64,000 nt of DNA from the NCBI GenBank assembly GCA_964539545.1, contig CAZIJG010000001.1, positions 11,083 through 75,082 of the forward strand, written 5' to 3'. A model generated the notes under the pieces. The model saw nothing but the letters and a program-made list of their open reading frames with translations. It searched no databases and was not told the origin of the DNA. A program made the translations under genes and the position numbers. This DNA is from an uncultured Gammaproteobacteria bacterium (GTDB lineage: Bacteria; Patescibacteriota; Patescibacteriia; Patescibacteriales; UBA12465). This document shows, one piece after another, positions 45,337 to 54,267 of this stretch; position 1 is the stretch's first letter, and every line of letters begins with the position of its first letter.

Positions 45337-45822
45337 ATGGCTCAAGAACATATATCTCTAGAGAAATCTCTAACTGAATCCGTACCTGAGAATTTATCTC
45401 AACCGGAATCTTTGCCACATCCAGAAAAACAAGAACAAAAACCAGAACAAAAACCAGAACATAAAGATAAAAAAGAAAAATTAAAAAGCGACGAACCAAC
45501 TATTCCGGCTAAATCAGTAATAAACATTACCAATGATCAAAGCCGGAAAGAGATTCAAAAAAAACAAATTGACGATATTCTATCCTTTGGTCTATCTGAT
45601 ATCTTTTTAGATTTAGAACCTGCCAAGCAACAGGAATTTAAAAAAACTGGTGAAGTTACTGTAAGTAAAATAAATGCCTTACTTAACAAGGCCAATGTTA
45701 ATATTAACAAAATTGTCCACTTAATAAAAAAGTGGCTAGGCATTCTACCTAATGCTAATAAATATTATCTCGAGCAGGAAGCTAAAATCAAAGCAGATAA
45801 AATAATACAAATTAAACGATAA
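45337..45822 (+). CDS. Hypothetical protein, Pro/Glu/Lys-rich N-terminus
   Basis: 4 nt after the ferredoxin gene and 10 nt before the ATPase gene. Contains EQKPEQKPEH, encoded by a 12-nt tandem. No family recognised. Confidence 0.5.
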   Translation: MAQEHISLEKSLTESVPENLSQPESLPHPEKQEQKPEQKPEHKDKKEKLKSDEPTIPAKSVINITNDQSRKEIQKKQIDDILSFGLSDIFLDLEPAKQQEFKKTGEVTVSKINALLNKANVNINKIVHLIKKWLGILPNANKYYLEQEAKIKADKIIQIKR

Positions 45823-45832
45823 CCCTAGCAAC

Positions 45833-48313
45833 ATGCCTGAAGAAGACTTATATAGTTTAACGAGTTATGATGTAGCAATTGATCCAATCATTTTTGGTTG
45901 GCTACTTTTTATTATAGTTATTCTAGTGGCAACTCGCATCATTTGGAAAACTTGGCGATCTCGACGTCATTCTCATGAACACCAGATATTTTTAGTTAAG
46001 TTGTCTAAAGAAAAGCCTAAAGACCAGGACAAAGATGATACGGCTCAAAATCTGAAGGAAGATCTAGCCAAGGCTGAAACTCTATTCTCTAGTATTGGCG
46101 GTCTTAGAGCCCAAAGAGGATTTAAAGCTTGGTTTAAAGGACGCGAAGATCAATTCAGTTTTGAAGTTGTAGCTCACCAAGGCAAGATTGCTTTCTATGT
46201 TGCTACACCAATGGATAAAGCTAGATACCTAGAACAGCAAATTCATGCTCATTATCCAGAAGCTGCCATTGAAGAAGTTTCAGACTATAATGCTTTTGAT
46301 CCTAAGAATGTTGTTATAGCCGGCTGGTTAAAAACTAAGAAAGAATTTGTCTTTCCTCTGAAAACATACAACCAAATGGATATTGATCCTATGAATTCAG
46401 TTATTACTGTTTTGTCTAAATTAGATCGCAGCGAAAGCATGGCCATTCAATATGTAGTGAGGAGCGCTAGGCCTGATTGGCATAGACGAATAAAATCCGT
46501 AGTAAGAAAGACCTATCGTAATAATTCTGTTGCAATGGGATTAAAGAGAGACTCTATATTTAATTCTGCTCACTCTTTATTTACACCAACAAAAAATAAA
46601 GATCCACAAAACTTAGAAGAAACCAAAAAATTAACCACAGTAGAAGAAGAGATGCTAAAGAGCATGGAAGAAAAAAATTCCAAAGCCGGACTAAACGTTA
46701 ATCTTCGCATTATAGTTAGTGCTAAAAATGAACAACAAGCTCAAGTATACTTAGAAAACCTAGGTAGTGCTTTTAGTGAATATAATCACTACGAACAAGG
46801 TAATAATTTCAGTAAAATACATAAAAAACACCAACAGGGAATTATTAATAATTTCATCTATCGTGACTTTGATGAGAAAAACAGTTTTCTTCTCAATACC
46901 GAGGAATTAGCTAGCCTATTCCACTTGCCATTGAGAAACACCGAAACTCCTAATATTCTATGGCTAATAGCCAAAAATGCTGCTGCACCAACTGAGGTGC
47001 CCTCCGATGGCTTATTATTAGGAGAAAATATTTTTAGAGGAGTTAAAAAATCTATTTACATAAAACGTGAAGACAGGCGTCGCCATAGTTATATTGTTGG
47101 TAAATCTGGTGTTGGTAAATCTGTGTTACTAGCTAACATGGCTATTCAAGATATTGAGAATGGGGAAGGAGTTTGCGTTTTAGATCCTCATGGAGATCTA
47201 ATTGAAGACATTTTACAACGCATACCGCCAGAGAGAGCTGAAGATGTTATAATCTTTTCTCCTGGAGATACTGAAAGACCTCTAGGACTAAATCTTCTGG
47301 AATACGATAAAAACTATCCTGAACAAAAAAGTTTTGTAATTAATGAAATGATCGGTATTTTTGATAAACTCTACGATCTAAAAGCTACTGGTGGACCAAT
47401 GTTTGAACAGTATATGAGAAACGCTCTATTATTAATAATGGATAGTCCAGAAACAGGTTCTACTCTTATGGAAATACCAAAGGTTTTAGCAGATGAAAAA
47501 TTTAGAAAGATGAAGATAGAAAAATGTTCTAACTCAACAGTAATAGACTTTTGGAAGCAGGAAGCTGAAAAAGCCGGCGGTGAAGCAGCCTTAGCTAATA
47601 TTGTTCCATATATCACCTCAAAATTGACCTCATTCATTTCCAACGACATGATGCGACCGATTATTGGCCAACAAGATAGCTCCTTTAATTTTAGAGATCT
47701 AATGGATAAACAGAAAATTTTGTTGATCGATTTACCTAAGGGTATAGTGGGAGAAATGAATGCTTATCTTCTGGGTATGATTGTGGTGGGTAAAATCTTA
47801 ATGGCTTCATTATCTCGTGCTGATATACCACAGGAGGAAAGAAAAGATTTCTATCTATACATTGATGAGTTCCAAAACTTCACTACTAACTCTATTGCTC
47901 AGATCCTGTCTGAAGCTAGAAAATATAGTTTGAACCTAACTGTGGCTCACCAATATATTGGACAGTTAAGTAAAAATAATGACACTGAAATAAAAGATGC
48001 TGTGTTTGGTAACGTTGGTACTATGATTAGTTTTAAAGTTGGCTCCGATGATTCAGAATTCTTAGTTAAAGAATTTGCCCCTGTCTTTAATGAATACGAT
48101 TTAATTAACATTGGAAAGGGAACCGCCTATATTAAACTCTTATCTGATAACACATCGCTCAGACCGTTTTCTATGCAAACTATTTGGCCGCTGATGGGAA
48201 CAGCTCGAGCAGACATGTCTAAAAAAATCCGCACTTTAAGTCGATTAAAGTACGGCCAAGATAGAAGAATAATTGAAGCTCAGATTAATCAAAGATCTAA
48301 AACATCCCAATAA
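45833..48313 (+). CDS. VirD4/TraD/TraG-like P-loop coupling-type ATPase with N-terminal TM anchor
   Basis: TM IIFGWLLFIIVILVATRIIW. Walker A GKSGVGKS, DPHGD, Walker B LYIDEFQNF and AHQYIGQL. Unrecognised N-domain of about 400 aa. Confidence 0.7.
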   Translation: MPEEDLYSLTSYDVAIDPIIFGWLLFIIVILVATRIIWKTWRSRRHSHEHQIFLVKLSKEKPKDQDKDDTAQNLKEDLAKAETLFSSIGGLRAQRGFKAWFKGREDQFSFEVVAHQGKIAFYVATPMDKARYLEQQIHAHYPEAAIEEVSDYNAFDPKNVVIAGWLKTKKEFVFPLKTYNQMDIDPMNSVITVLSKLDRSESMAIQYVVRSARPDWHRRIKSVVRKTYRNNSVAMGLKRDSIFNSAHSLFTPTKNKDPQNLEETKKLTTVEEEMLKSMEEKNSKAGLNVNLRIIVSAKNEQQAQVYLENLGSAFSEYNHYEQGNNFSKIHKKHQQGIINNFIYRDFDEKNSFLLNTEELASLFHLPLRNTETPNILWLIAKNAAAPTEVPSDGLLLGENIFRGVKKSIYIKREDRRRHSYIVGKSGVGKSVLLANMAIQDIENGEGVCVLDPHGDLIEDILQRIPPERAEDVIIFSPGDTERPLGLNLLEYDKNYPEQKSFVINEMIGIFDKLYDLKATGGPMFEQYMRNALLLIMDSPETGSTLMEIPKVLADEKFRKMKIEKCSNSTVIDFWKQEAEKAGGEAALANIVPYITSKLTSFISNDMMRPIIGQQDSSFNFRDLMDKQKILLIDLPKGIVGEMNAYLLGMIVVGKILMASLSRADIPQEERKDFYLYIDEFQNFTTNSIAQILSEARKYSLNLTVAHQYIGQLSKNNDTEIKDAVFGNVGTMISFKVGSDDSEFLVKEFAPVFNEYDLINIGKGTAYIKLLSDNTSLRPFSMQTIWPLMGTARADMSKKIRTLSRLKYGQDRRIIEAQINQRSKTSQ

Positions 48314-48330
48314 ACAATATAAACCAAAGA

Positions 48331-48363
48331 AAAAAGCTACCTTTATTGGTAGCTTTATTTTTA
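48331..48363. terminator. Bidirectional terminator
   Basis: agctacc/ggtagct 7-bp stem with a 6-nt loop, flanked by A-rich and T-rich sequence. Confidence 0.75.
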
Positions 48364-49185
48364 AACTTTTTTTAATTTCTTCTTTAAAACTTTCCTAGTT
48401 CCTAAAGTGAATCCCTCGTAAATCAACCATCCAATTACACAACAGGTTAGAGCCGCTATACATGTCCAAACAGATGCTAAAACTCCACCTAAAATAGATA
48501 AAATCCCAAGAATTATAAGAATTATCATTAGGGGAATAATATTTAATATAATTTCTCTGAAAAAATCCTTCACTATATACGGAAAATGATTTATTACATA
48601 AAGAATAAATAAAAGCAAAATAAGGATTAATAACGTTGGCCTTGGATCATTAAACATTATTGGTTCAGAATGGAGGCTAAGAATAATTGAAAAGAAACCA
48701 AGAACAATTGCTAACACAATAAGGGTCATAAACCGTATATACTTCATTAAAGTCTGCCTACGAGATTCGCCTTTAATAACGCTACGCCCAGCAATAATTA
48801 TGGCAACAATAAAAAAGAGAATAAGACCTAATAATACAGAACCGTTTTTAGTCTTGTTTAAACGATGAATTTGAGCAGTCACAGGAATAATTTCATTATC
48901 CTCTAAAGCAAATCCCTGTACAATATCGTTAGCCAAAGGCCAACCAGGTGTGATAAATAATTCAACTAATACGGGATAAACAATTTCACCAGACATTAAA
49001 GCAACCATTTCTTGAGCAGTAAACTCCATATCACTGGGATTCTGCATAATTATCATTGTTCTGTGAACAACTTCCGTGACTATGATAGTCTTGCCAACAG
49101 TTTGATAGGCGGTATCGATTTGATCAAAACCTTGAAGATTCAACGCTATACTTAGCGCAATAACTAAAAATACTATACTTTTCAT
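48361..49185 (-). CDS. Hypothetical multi-TM protein with exported N-domain
   Basis: Signal peptide, a soluble part of about 110 aa, then about 5 TM helices. No family recognised. Confidence 0.5.
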   Translation of the reverse strand: MKSIVFLVIALSIALNLQGFDQIDTAYQTVGKTIIVTEVVHRTMIIMQNPSDMEFTAQEMVALMSGEIVYPVLVELFITPGWPLANDIVQGFALEDNEIIPVTAQIHRLNKTKNGSVLLGLILFFIVAIIIAGRSVIKGESRRQTLMKYIRFMTLIVLAIVLGFFSIILSLHSEPIMFNDPRPTLLILILLLFILYVINHFPYIVKDFFREIILNIIPLMIILIILGILSILGGVLASVWTCIAALTCCVIGWLIYEGFTLGTRKVLKKKLKKV

Positions 49186-49306
49186 GATATATGGGGTATT
49201 TATTTATAAAAGATCAATTATATTATAGTACTTCTTTTTGGTAACTTAGTCAATATTCCAAAAACTGAAATTATGTTATATAATGTAATCATAAAATCCT
49301 TTATTT

Positions 49307-50947
49307 ATGGCAACTTTATACAGAAAGTATCGGCCTCAAAGTTTTAGTGAAGTTTTGGGCCAAAATCATATTAAAACTACTCTGGAAAATGAGATAAAGT
49401 CAGGCGAAATTGCCCAGGCTTATATTTTTTGTGGACCAAGAGCTGTTGGTAAAACAACCCTAGCTAGAATTTTAGCTAAAGCGGTTAATTGTAATACTAG
49501 AAAAAGCAAGGAGTCAGAACCTTGTAACAAATGTACAATTTGCACCAACATCGAAAAAGGGAAGAGTTTAGAAGTTATTGAAATTGACGCTGCCAGCCAT
49601 ACCGGCGTAGATAATGTTAGAGAAAATATTATTTCAGCAGCCAGAGTTGCTCCTAGTTCTCATAAATACAAAGTATTTATAATTGATGAAGTACACATGT
49701 TATCTATTTCAGCTTTTAATGCTTTATTGAAACTAATTGAAGAGCCACCAAAACACGCCATGTTTATTTTATGTACCACTGAAATACATAAAGTTCCAGC
49801 TACAGTTATATCTCGTTGTCAGCGTTTTGATTTTAAACGAATGAGTTTAGCTGATACTGTAAAAAAATTACAATATATTCTAGATAAAGAAGGTCTTAAG
49901 GCAGACAAAAAGATTCTAGAAACAATTGGCAGACAAGCCAATGGCTATTTAAGAGATGCCGAAAGCCTTCTGGGCCAAGTAGTCTCTTTAGCTTCTGGTA
50001 AAACTATTACCGAAAAAGAGGCTCTATTAATTCTACCTAATACCGATCTACACAAAGCTGTAGAATATTTACAATATTTATCTAAAAACGAACCTCATAA
50101 AGCGATCAGTTTAATTAATGAGCTAGTAGACGCTGGGGTAGACCTAAAGAGCTTTACCGGTGATCTGATACAGATTTTAAGAAAAATGATGATGGATAAA
50201 ATTAATCCTGGTTTTTCTCAAACTCTAGGCCTAGACTTTGGTCAAAGTTTAGAAAAAGAAATTGCTGAAGTCCTAGAGGGTTTTGATACAACTAAAATTT
50301 CTCAAATCATAGAAACATTGATTATTGCTCAAAATGATTTAAAAAATACTCAAATTACTCAACTACCCTTAGAATTAGCTACTGTTAAATTATCTGGTTC
50401 ATCGAGACCATCGGAAATTTCACAAACTCCAGTCACACCAAAGCCAGTTCCACAACCTCAACCAAAAAAGACTATAGAAAATGATAATGATAAGCCAGCC
50501 ACACCAACTCCACCCTCAGTAACTACTCCAGAACCATCGGTTAGTCAACCAACTAACACTAGTAAAGGCACGGTCAAGCTACAAGACATCAAAAAAAACT
50601 GGAAGGAATTTCTGATTTATATTAGAAAAGACAATCATTCTTTAAGTTTTATTCTACAAAATTGCGTTCCTGAACAGGTAGAGGGGAATCTAGTAACCCT
50701 AGCTTTCAAATACAAATTTCATGCTGACAGAATCAACGACATGGCTATAAAAATAATTGTAGAAAAAGCTTTAGGAGAGATCTTTAAATCTCAGTTAACT
50801 CTAATCACTAGAGTAGACGAGAAGTTAAGAATGCCTACTAATACTTCAACTACTCCGGCAAAGGAAGAGACTCCTAACCAGAACCCAGCTCAAAAAGGAG
50901 CCTTAAATAATTTATTAAATGCTTTTGGCGGGGAAGTAATAAGCTAA
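49307..50947 (+). CDS. dnaX: DNA polymerase III subunit gamma/tau
   Basis: GPRAVGKTT, Zn module CNKCTIC, IIDEVHMLS and SRCQRF. Pro-rich linker followed by a C-terminal domain. Confidence 0.9.
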   Translation: MATLYRKYRPQSFSEVLGQNHIKTTLENEIKSGEIAQAYIFCGPRAVGKTTLARILAKAVNCNTRKSKESEPCNKCTICTNIEKGKSLEVIEIDAASHTGVDNVRENIISAARVAPSSHKYKVFIIDEVHMLSISAFNALLKLIEEPPKHAMFILCTTEIHKVPATVISRCQRFDFKRMSLADTVKKLQYILDKEGLKADKKILETIGRQANGYLRDAESLLGQVVSLASGKTITEKEALLILPNTDLHKAVEYLQYLSKNEPHKAISLINELVDAGVDLKSFTGDLIQILRKMMMDKINPGFSQTLGLDFGQSLEKEIAEVLEGFDTTKISQIIETLIIAQNDLKNTQITQLPLELATVKLSGSSRPSEISQTPVTPKPVPQPQPKKTIENDNDKPATPTPPSVTTPEPSVSQPTNTSKGTVKLQDIKKNWKEFLIYIRKDNHSLSFILQNCVPEQVEGNLVTLAFKYKFHADRINDMAIKIIVEKALGEIFKSQLTLITRVDEKLRMPTNTSTTPAKEETPNQNPAQKGALNNLLNAFGGEVIS

Positions 50948-50951
50948 ACAT

Positions 50952-52199
50952 ATGTTAGATATAAAATATATCATTGAAAATAAGGAGGAAGTAAAACAAG
51001 CGTTGCTAAAAAGAATGTCTGAAAAAGATTTGGACCTAGACAAAATCATTGCTTTAGATAATGAACGCAGAGAATTAATTAACAGTACTGAAACTCTAAA
51101 GGCAGAAAAGAATCAGCATTCAAAAAGCAAACCATCTACAGAAACTATTGCTAAATTAAAAGAGTTAAATCAAGACTTAAAAGATAAAGAGGGTCAACTG
51201 AAGAAAACAGAACAAGCATTGAAAGAAGGCCTATCTTCTTTACCGAATATTCCTGATGCTAGCGTAAAAACGGGTGACAAAGAAAATAATGAAGTAACTT
51301 ATACTTACTCAAAAAAACCGGAATTTTCTTTTAAACCAAAAGACCATGTTGAGCTAGCTAAGAATCTAGGAATCATAGATTACGAGAGAGCTGCCAAAAT
51401 GTCTGGCTCTGGTTTTTGGATATATAAAGATAAAGGTGCTTGGCTAGAATGGGCTCTAATCAGTTATTTCCTAGATTATCATCGAAAAAATAACTATAAG
51501 TTCTTATTAATGCCTTATCTATTAAACGAAGATTCTGCTTACGCTTCTGGCCATCTACCTAAATTTAGAGATGATCTATTCTGGACTCAAGATGATCTAT
51601 GTCTAAATGCCACTGCTGAAATGATGTTAACCAATTATCATCGCCAAGAGATTTTAGATAGCGAATCTTTGCCAATTAAGTATTTTTCTTACGCTCCATC
51701 TTTCAGAAGAGAAGCTGGTAGTTATCGTCAAGAAGAACGAGGCATGATTCGAGGCCATCAATTCAATAAAGTAGAAATGTTTCAGTTTACTCATCCTGAT
51801 GATTCTTGGAAAACTTTTGAGTTAATGGAAGAAGAAGTCAAGAAACTCGTAGCTGGTTTAGATTTGCATTTTCAAATCAGTCTCCTAGCCGCTAAAGACG
51901 CTAGTGCTGCCATGGCTAAAACTGTTGATGTCGAAATTTGGATCCCTAGCATGAATATCTATAAAGAAGTCAGTAGTATTTCTAATGCCACTGACTATCA
52001 AGCTAGAAGAGCCCAAATTCGCTTCAAAGACAAAACTAGCCAAAAGAATATGTTTGTTCATACTCTAAACGCTTCTGGCTTAGCTACTAGTCGTTTAATC
52101 CCAGCTATCCTAGAACAGAATCAGCAAGCCGACGGCTCAGTAACGATTCCTAAAGCTTTACATAAATATCTACCTAAACAGTATTGGGTATTGAAGTAA
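50952..52199 (+). CDS. serS: Serine--tRNA ligase
   Basis: N-terminal coiled-coil arm. Class II motifs FRREAGS and GSGLATSR-like (ASGLATSRL). Confidence 0.95.
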   Translation: MLDIKYIIENKEEVKQALLKRMSEKDLDLDKIIALDNERRELINSTETLKAEKNQHSKSKPSTETIAKLKELNQDLKDKEGQLKKTEQALKEGLSSLPNIPDASVKTGDKENNEVTYTYSKKPEFSFKPKDHVELAKNLGIIDYERAAKMSGSGFWIYKDKGAWLEWALISYFLDYHRKNNYKFLLMPYLLNEDSAYASGHLPKFRDDLFWTQDDLCLNATAEMMLTNYHRQEILDSESLPIKYFSYAPSFRREAGSYRQEERGMIRGHQFNKVEMFQFTHPDDSWKTFELMEEEVKKLVAGLDLHFQISLLAAKDASAAMAKTVDVEIWIPSMNIYKEVSSISNATDYQARRAQIRFKDKTSQKNMFVHTLNASGLATSRLIPAILEQNQQADGSVTIPKALHKYLPKQYWVLK

Positions 52200-52214
52200 G
52201 GATAATCTAAAACA

Positions 52215-54263
52215 ATGTTATTCAATATCAAGCTCAGACAAGTTAATATATTCTTGGTTGTTTTTTTGTTTTTGTTGTTATCTCCACTCAGTCAAATCAA
52301 TATTAGCCAGGCGCAAACTGATTATCCGCGTCTGGCTAATTATTTTTTAAAGTGGACAATCGATGATAGTGAAGCTCAAGAACTAGCTAAATGGGATCTA
52401 TTAATTTTAGATATGGAAGTACAGGAAAACAGTCGTACACAATTAGAGGCCATTCGTACATACAACCCTAACATCCAAATACTAGCCTATATTACATCCC
52501 AGGAAATTATTGATTATCCAAATAATCCTTATCAATTTAATGCGCCAATGCGCCAAAAACTATACTATTCTATTGATGATGGCTGGTGGCTTAGAAATGG
52601 ACAAAATGAAAAAATAAGTTTTTGGTCCGGCACTTACATGCTTAATCTAAGTGATGGTGCTGGCACTAATAGTAATGGTGAACGTTGGAATGATTTTCTC
52701 CCTCGTTTTGTTGATCAAGAAATTCTTAGCACCGGGCTTTGGGACGGAGTTTTTTATGACAATCTTTGGGGTGATGTAGGCTGGGTAAACGGAGATAATA
52801 TAGACATCGATAATAACGGCAACATTAAATCTTATTCTTATATTAATAATCGTTGGGCCGAAGGTACAAAAAAAATGGCTGCCTCATCCCGACAATTAAA
52901 TTCCGATAAACTTATTATTGGTAATGGTAAAATTTTTTGGGGATTTCAAGAATATCTCAACGGTATGATGTTAGAAGATTTTCCTTCTAGCTGGGAGAAT
53001 GGTGGTACCTGGGCAGGCTCTCTGGAGAGTTATTTATCTTTAGCGGATTATAATAGAGAACCTCAGATATCGTTAGTCCATATTTACAGTACTGATCCAA
53101 ATGACCTACAAAGAATGCGCTTCGGTTTAACTAGCACTTTAATGGATAACGGTTACTTTAGTTTTGACTATAGCCAGGCCAGACATGAACATCTATGGAG
53201 ATATGATGAATATGAAACTACTCTAGGACAACCTCAGAAAAAAGCTTATAACCTACTAAGCAACAATTCTTATCCAACCTCTGGTTTATGGCGTCGAGAT
53301 TTCGATAGTGCTATTGCCTTAGTTAATTCCACCAACAAACAACAAAGTTATGTATTCAACAAAGAAGAGTTTGAAAAACTGCAAGGCACTCAAGACACTA
53401 GTGTTAACGACGGAACAATTGTAAATTGGGTACGGTTAGAACCTGAAGATGGAGTAATATTATTTAAACGACAAACTGAAATTACCGATCAAGTGTTTGA
53501 TAATGGAGTCTTCGTGCGAGTTTTTGATGACCAAGGAGAACAGCCTCGTAATGGCTTCTTCGCCTATCTAGACAGTTTTCCTGGTCAAAGCCAAGTATTA
53601 ATAACTGATTTAGATAATGATCAAGAAAAAGAAATTTTAGTAAACTATCAGGGCACTATTACCATTTATAAAGATGGACGAGAATCTTTGGTCTTTCAAC
53701 CCTACCAATCTCAGTTTTCTGGAGCTATCTCTATAGCAGTCTCAGACTTGAACGGTGATGGAACAAAAGAAATAATAACTGGAGCTGGTCCAGGTGGTGG
53801 TCCACATGTCAGAGTTTTTTCTAAAGATGGACAGCCCCTAATTGGCGGCTTCTTCGCCTATGATAAAGACTTTAGAGGCGGGGTAAATGTAGTAGTCTTA
53901 GATCTCAATAATGATGGAACAAAAGAAATAATAACTGGAGCTGGTCCAGGTGGTGGTCCACATGTCAGAGTTTTTTCTAAAGATGGACAGCCCCTAATTG
54001 GCGGCTTCTTCGCCTATGACAGAGAATTCACCGGTGGAGTTAATTTAGCTGTAGGTGATGTTAATAATGACGGCCAAGGAGAGATAGTAACAGGCGCTGG
54101 ACGAGGAGGAAGCCCACGTGTTAAAATATATACAAAAGACGGAGAAATTATTAATCAATTCTTGGCTTATGATAGCGACTTTTTAGAAGGTATCAAAGTA
54201 ATGGTAGCTGATGTAAATAATGATAATAACCAAGAAATATTAGCAGGAACTTTAAATTTTTAA
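52215..54263 (+). CDS. Secreted glycoside-hydrolase-like (GH114/GHL15-like TIM-barrel) domain fused to FG-GAP repeats
   Basis: Signal peptide. The N-domain is paralogous to 60993-62066. At least 4 C-terminal D.N.DG..EI.TGAG.GG.P.V..F modules. Confidence 0.7.
   Translation: MLFNIKLRQVNIFLVVFLFLLLSPLSQINISQAQTDYPRLANYFLKWTIDDSEAQELAKWDLLILDMEVQENSRTQLEAIRTYNPNIQILAYITSQEIIDYPNNPYQFNAPMRQKLYYSIDDGWWLRNGQNEKISFWSGTYMLNLSDGAGTNSNGERWNDFLPRFVDQEILSTGLWDGVFYDNLWGDVGWVNGDNIDIDNNGNIKSYSYINNRWAEGTKKMAASSRQLNSDKLIIGNGKIFWGFQEYLNGMMLEDFPSSWENGGTWAGSLESYLSLADYNREPQISLVHIYSTDPNDLQRMRFGLTSTLMDNGYFSFDYSQARHEHLWRYDEYETTLGQPQKKAYNLLSNNSYPTSGLWRRDFDSAIALVNSTNKQQSYVFNKEEFEKLQGTQDTSVNDGTIVNWVRLEPEDGVILFKRQTEITDQVFDNGVFVRVFDDQGEQPRNGFFAYLDSFPGQSQVLITDLDNDQEKEILVNYQGTITIYKDGRESLVFQPYQSQFSGAISIAVSDLNGDGTKEIITGAGPGGGPHVRVFSKDGQPLIGGFFAYDKDFRGGVNVVVLDLNNDGTKEIITGAGPGGGPHVRVFSKDGQPLIGGFFAYDREFTGGVNLAVGDVNNDGQGEIVTGAGRGGSPRVKIYTKDGEIINQFLAYDSDFLEGIKVMVADVNNDNNQEILAGTLNF
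53756..54019 (+). repeat. 156-nt-period tandem repeat with a 108-nt perfectly identical core
   Basis: 53756-53863 is identical base-for-base to 53912-54019. The flanks of each unit are diverged. Lies inside the FG-GAP coding region. Confidence 0.95.
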
Positions 54264-54267
54264 TTAT

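Noticed and set aside
45433-45461. The 12-nt tandem (gaacaaaaacca x2.4) as a regulatory repeat or contingency locus.
   Set aside because: It is in-frame, encodes EQKPEQKPEH within a low-complexity region, and is too short to distinguish from ordinary coding microsatellite-like repetition.
53756-54019. The perfect repeat as a diversity-generating retroelement template/variable repeat pair.
   Set aside because: The two copies are identical rather than differing at adenines. Both lie in the same ORF in tandem, and no reverse transcriptase gene is present in the window.
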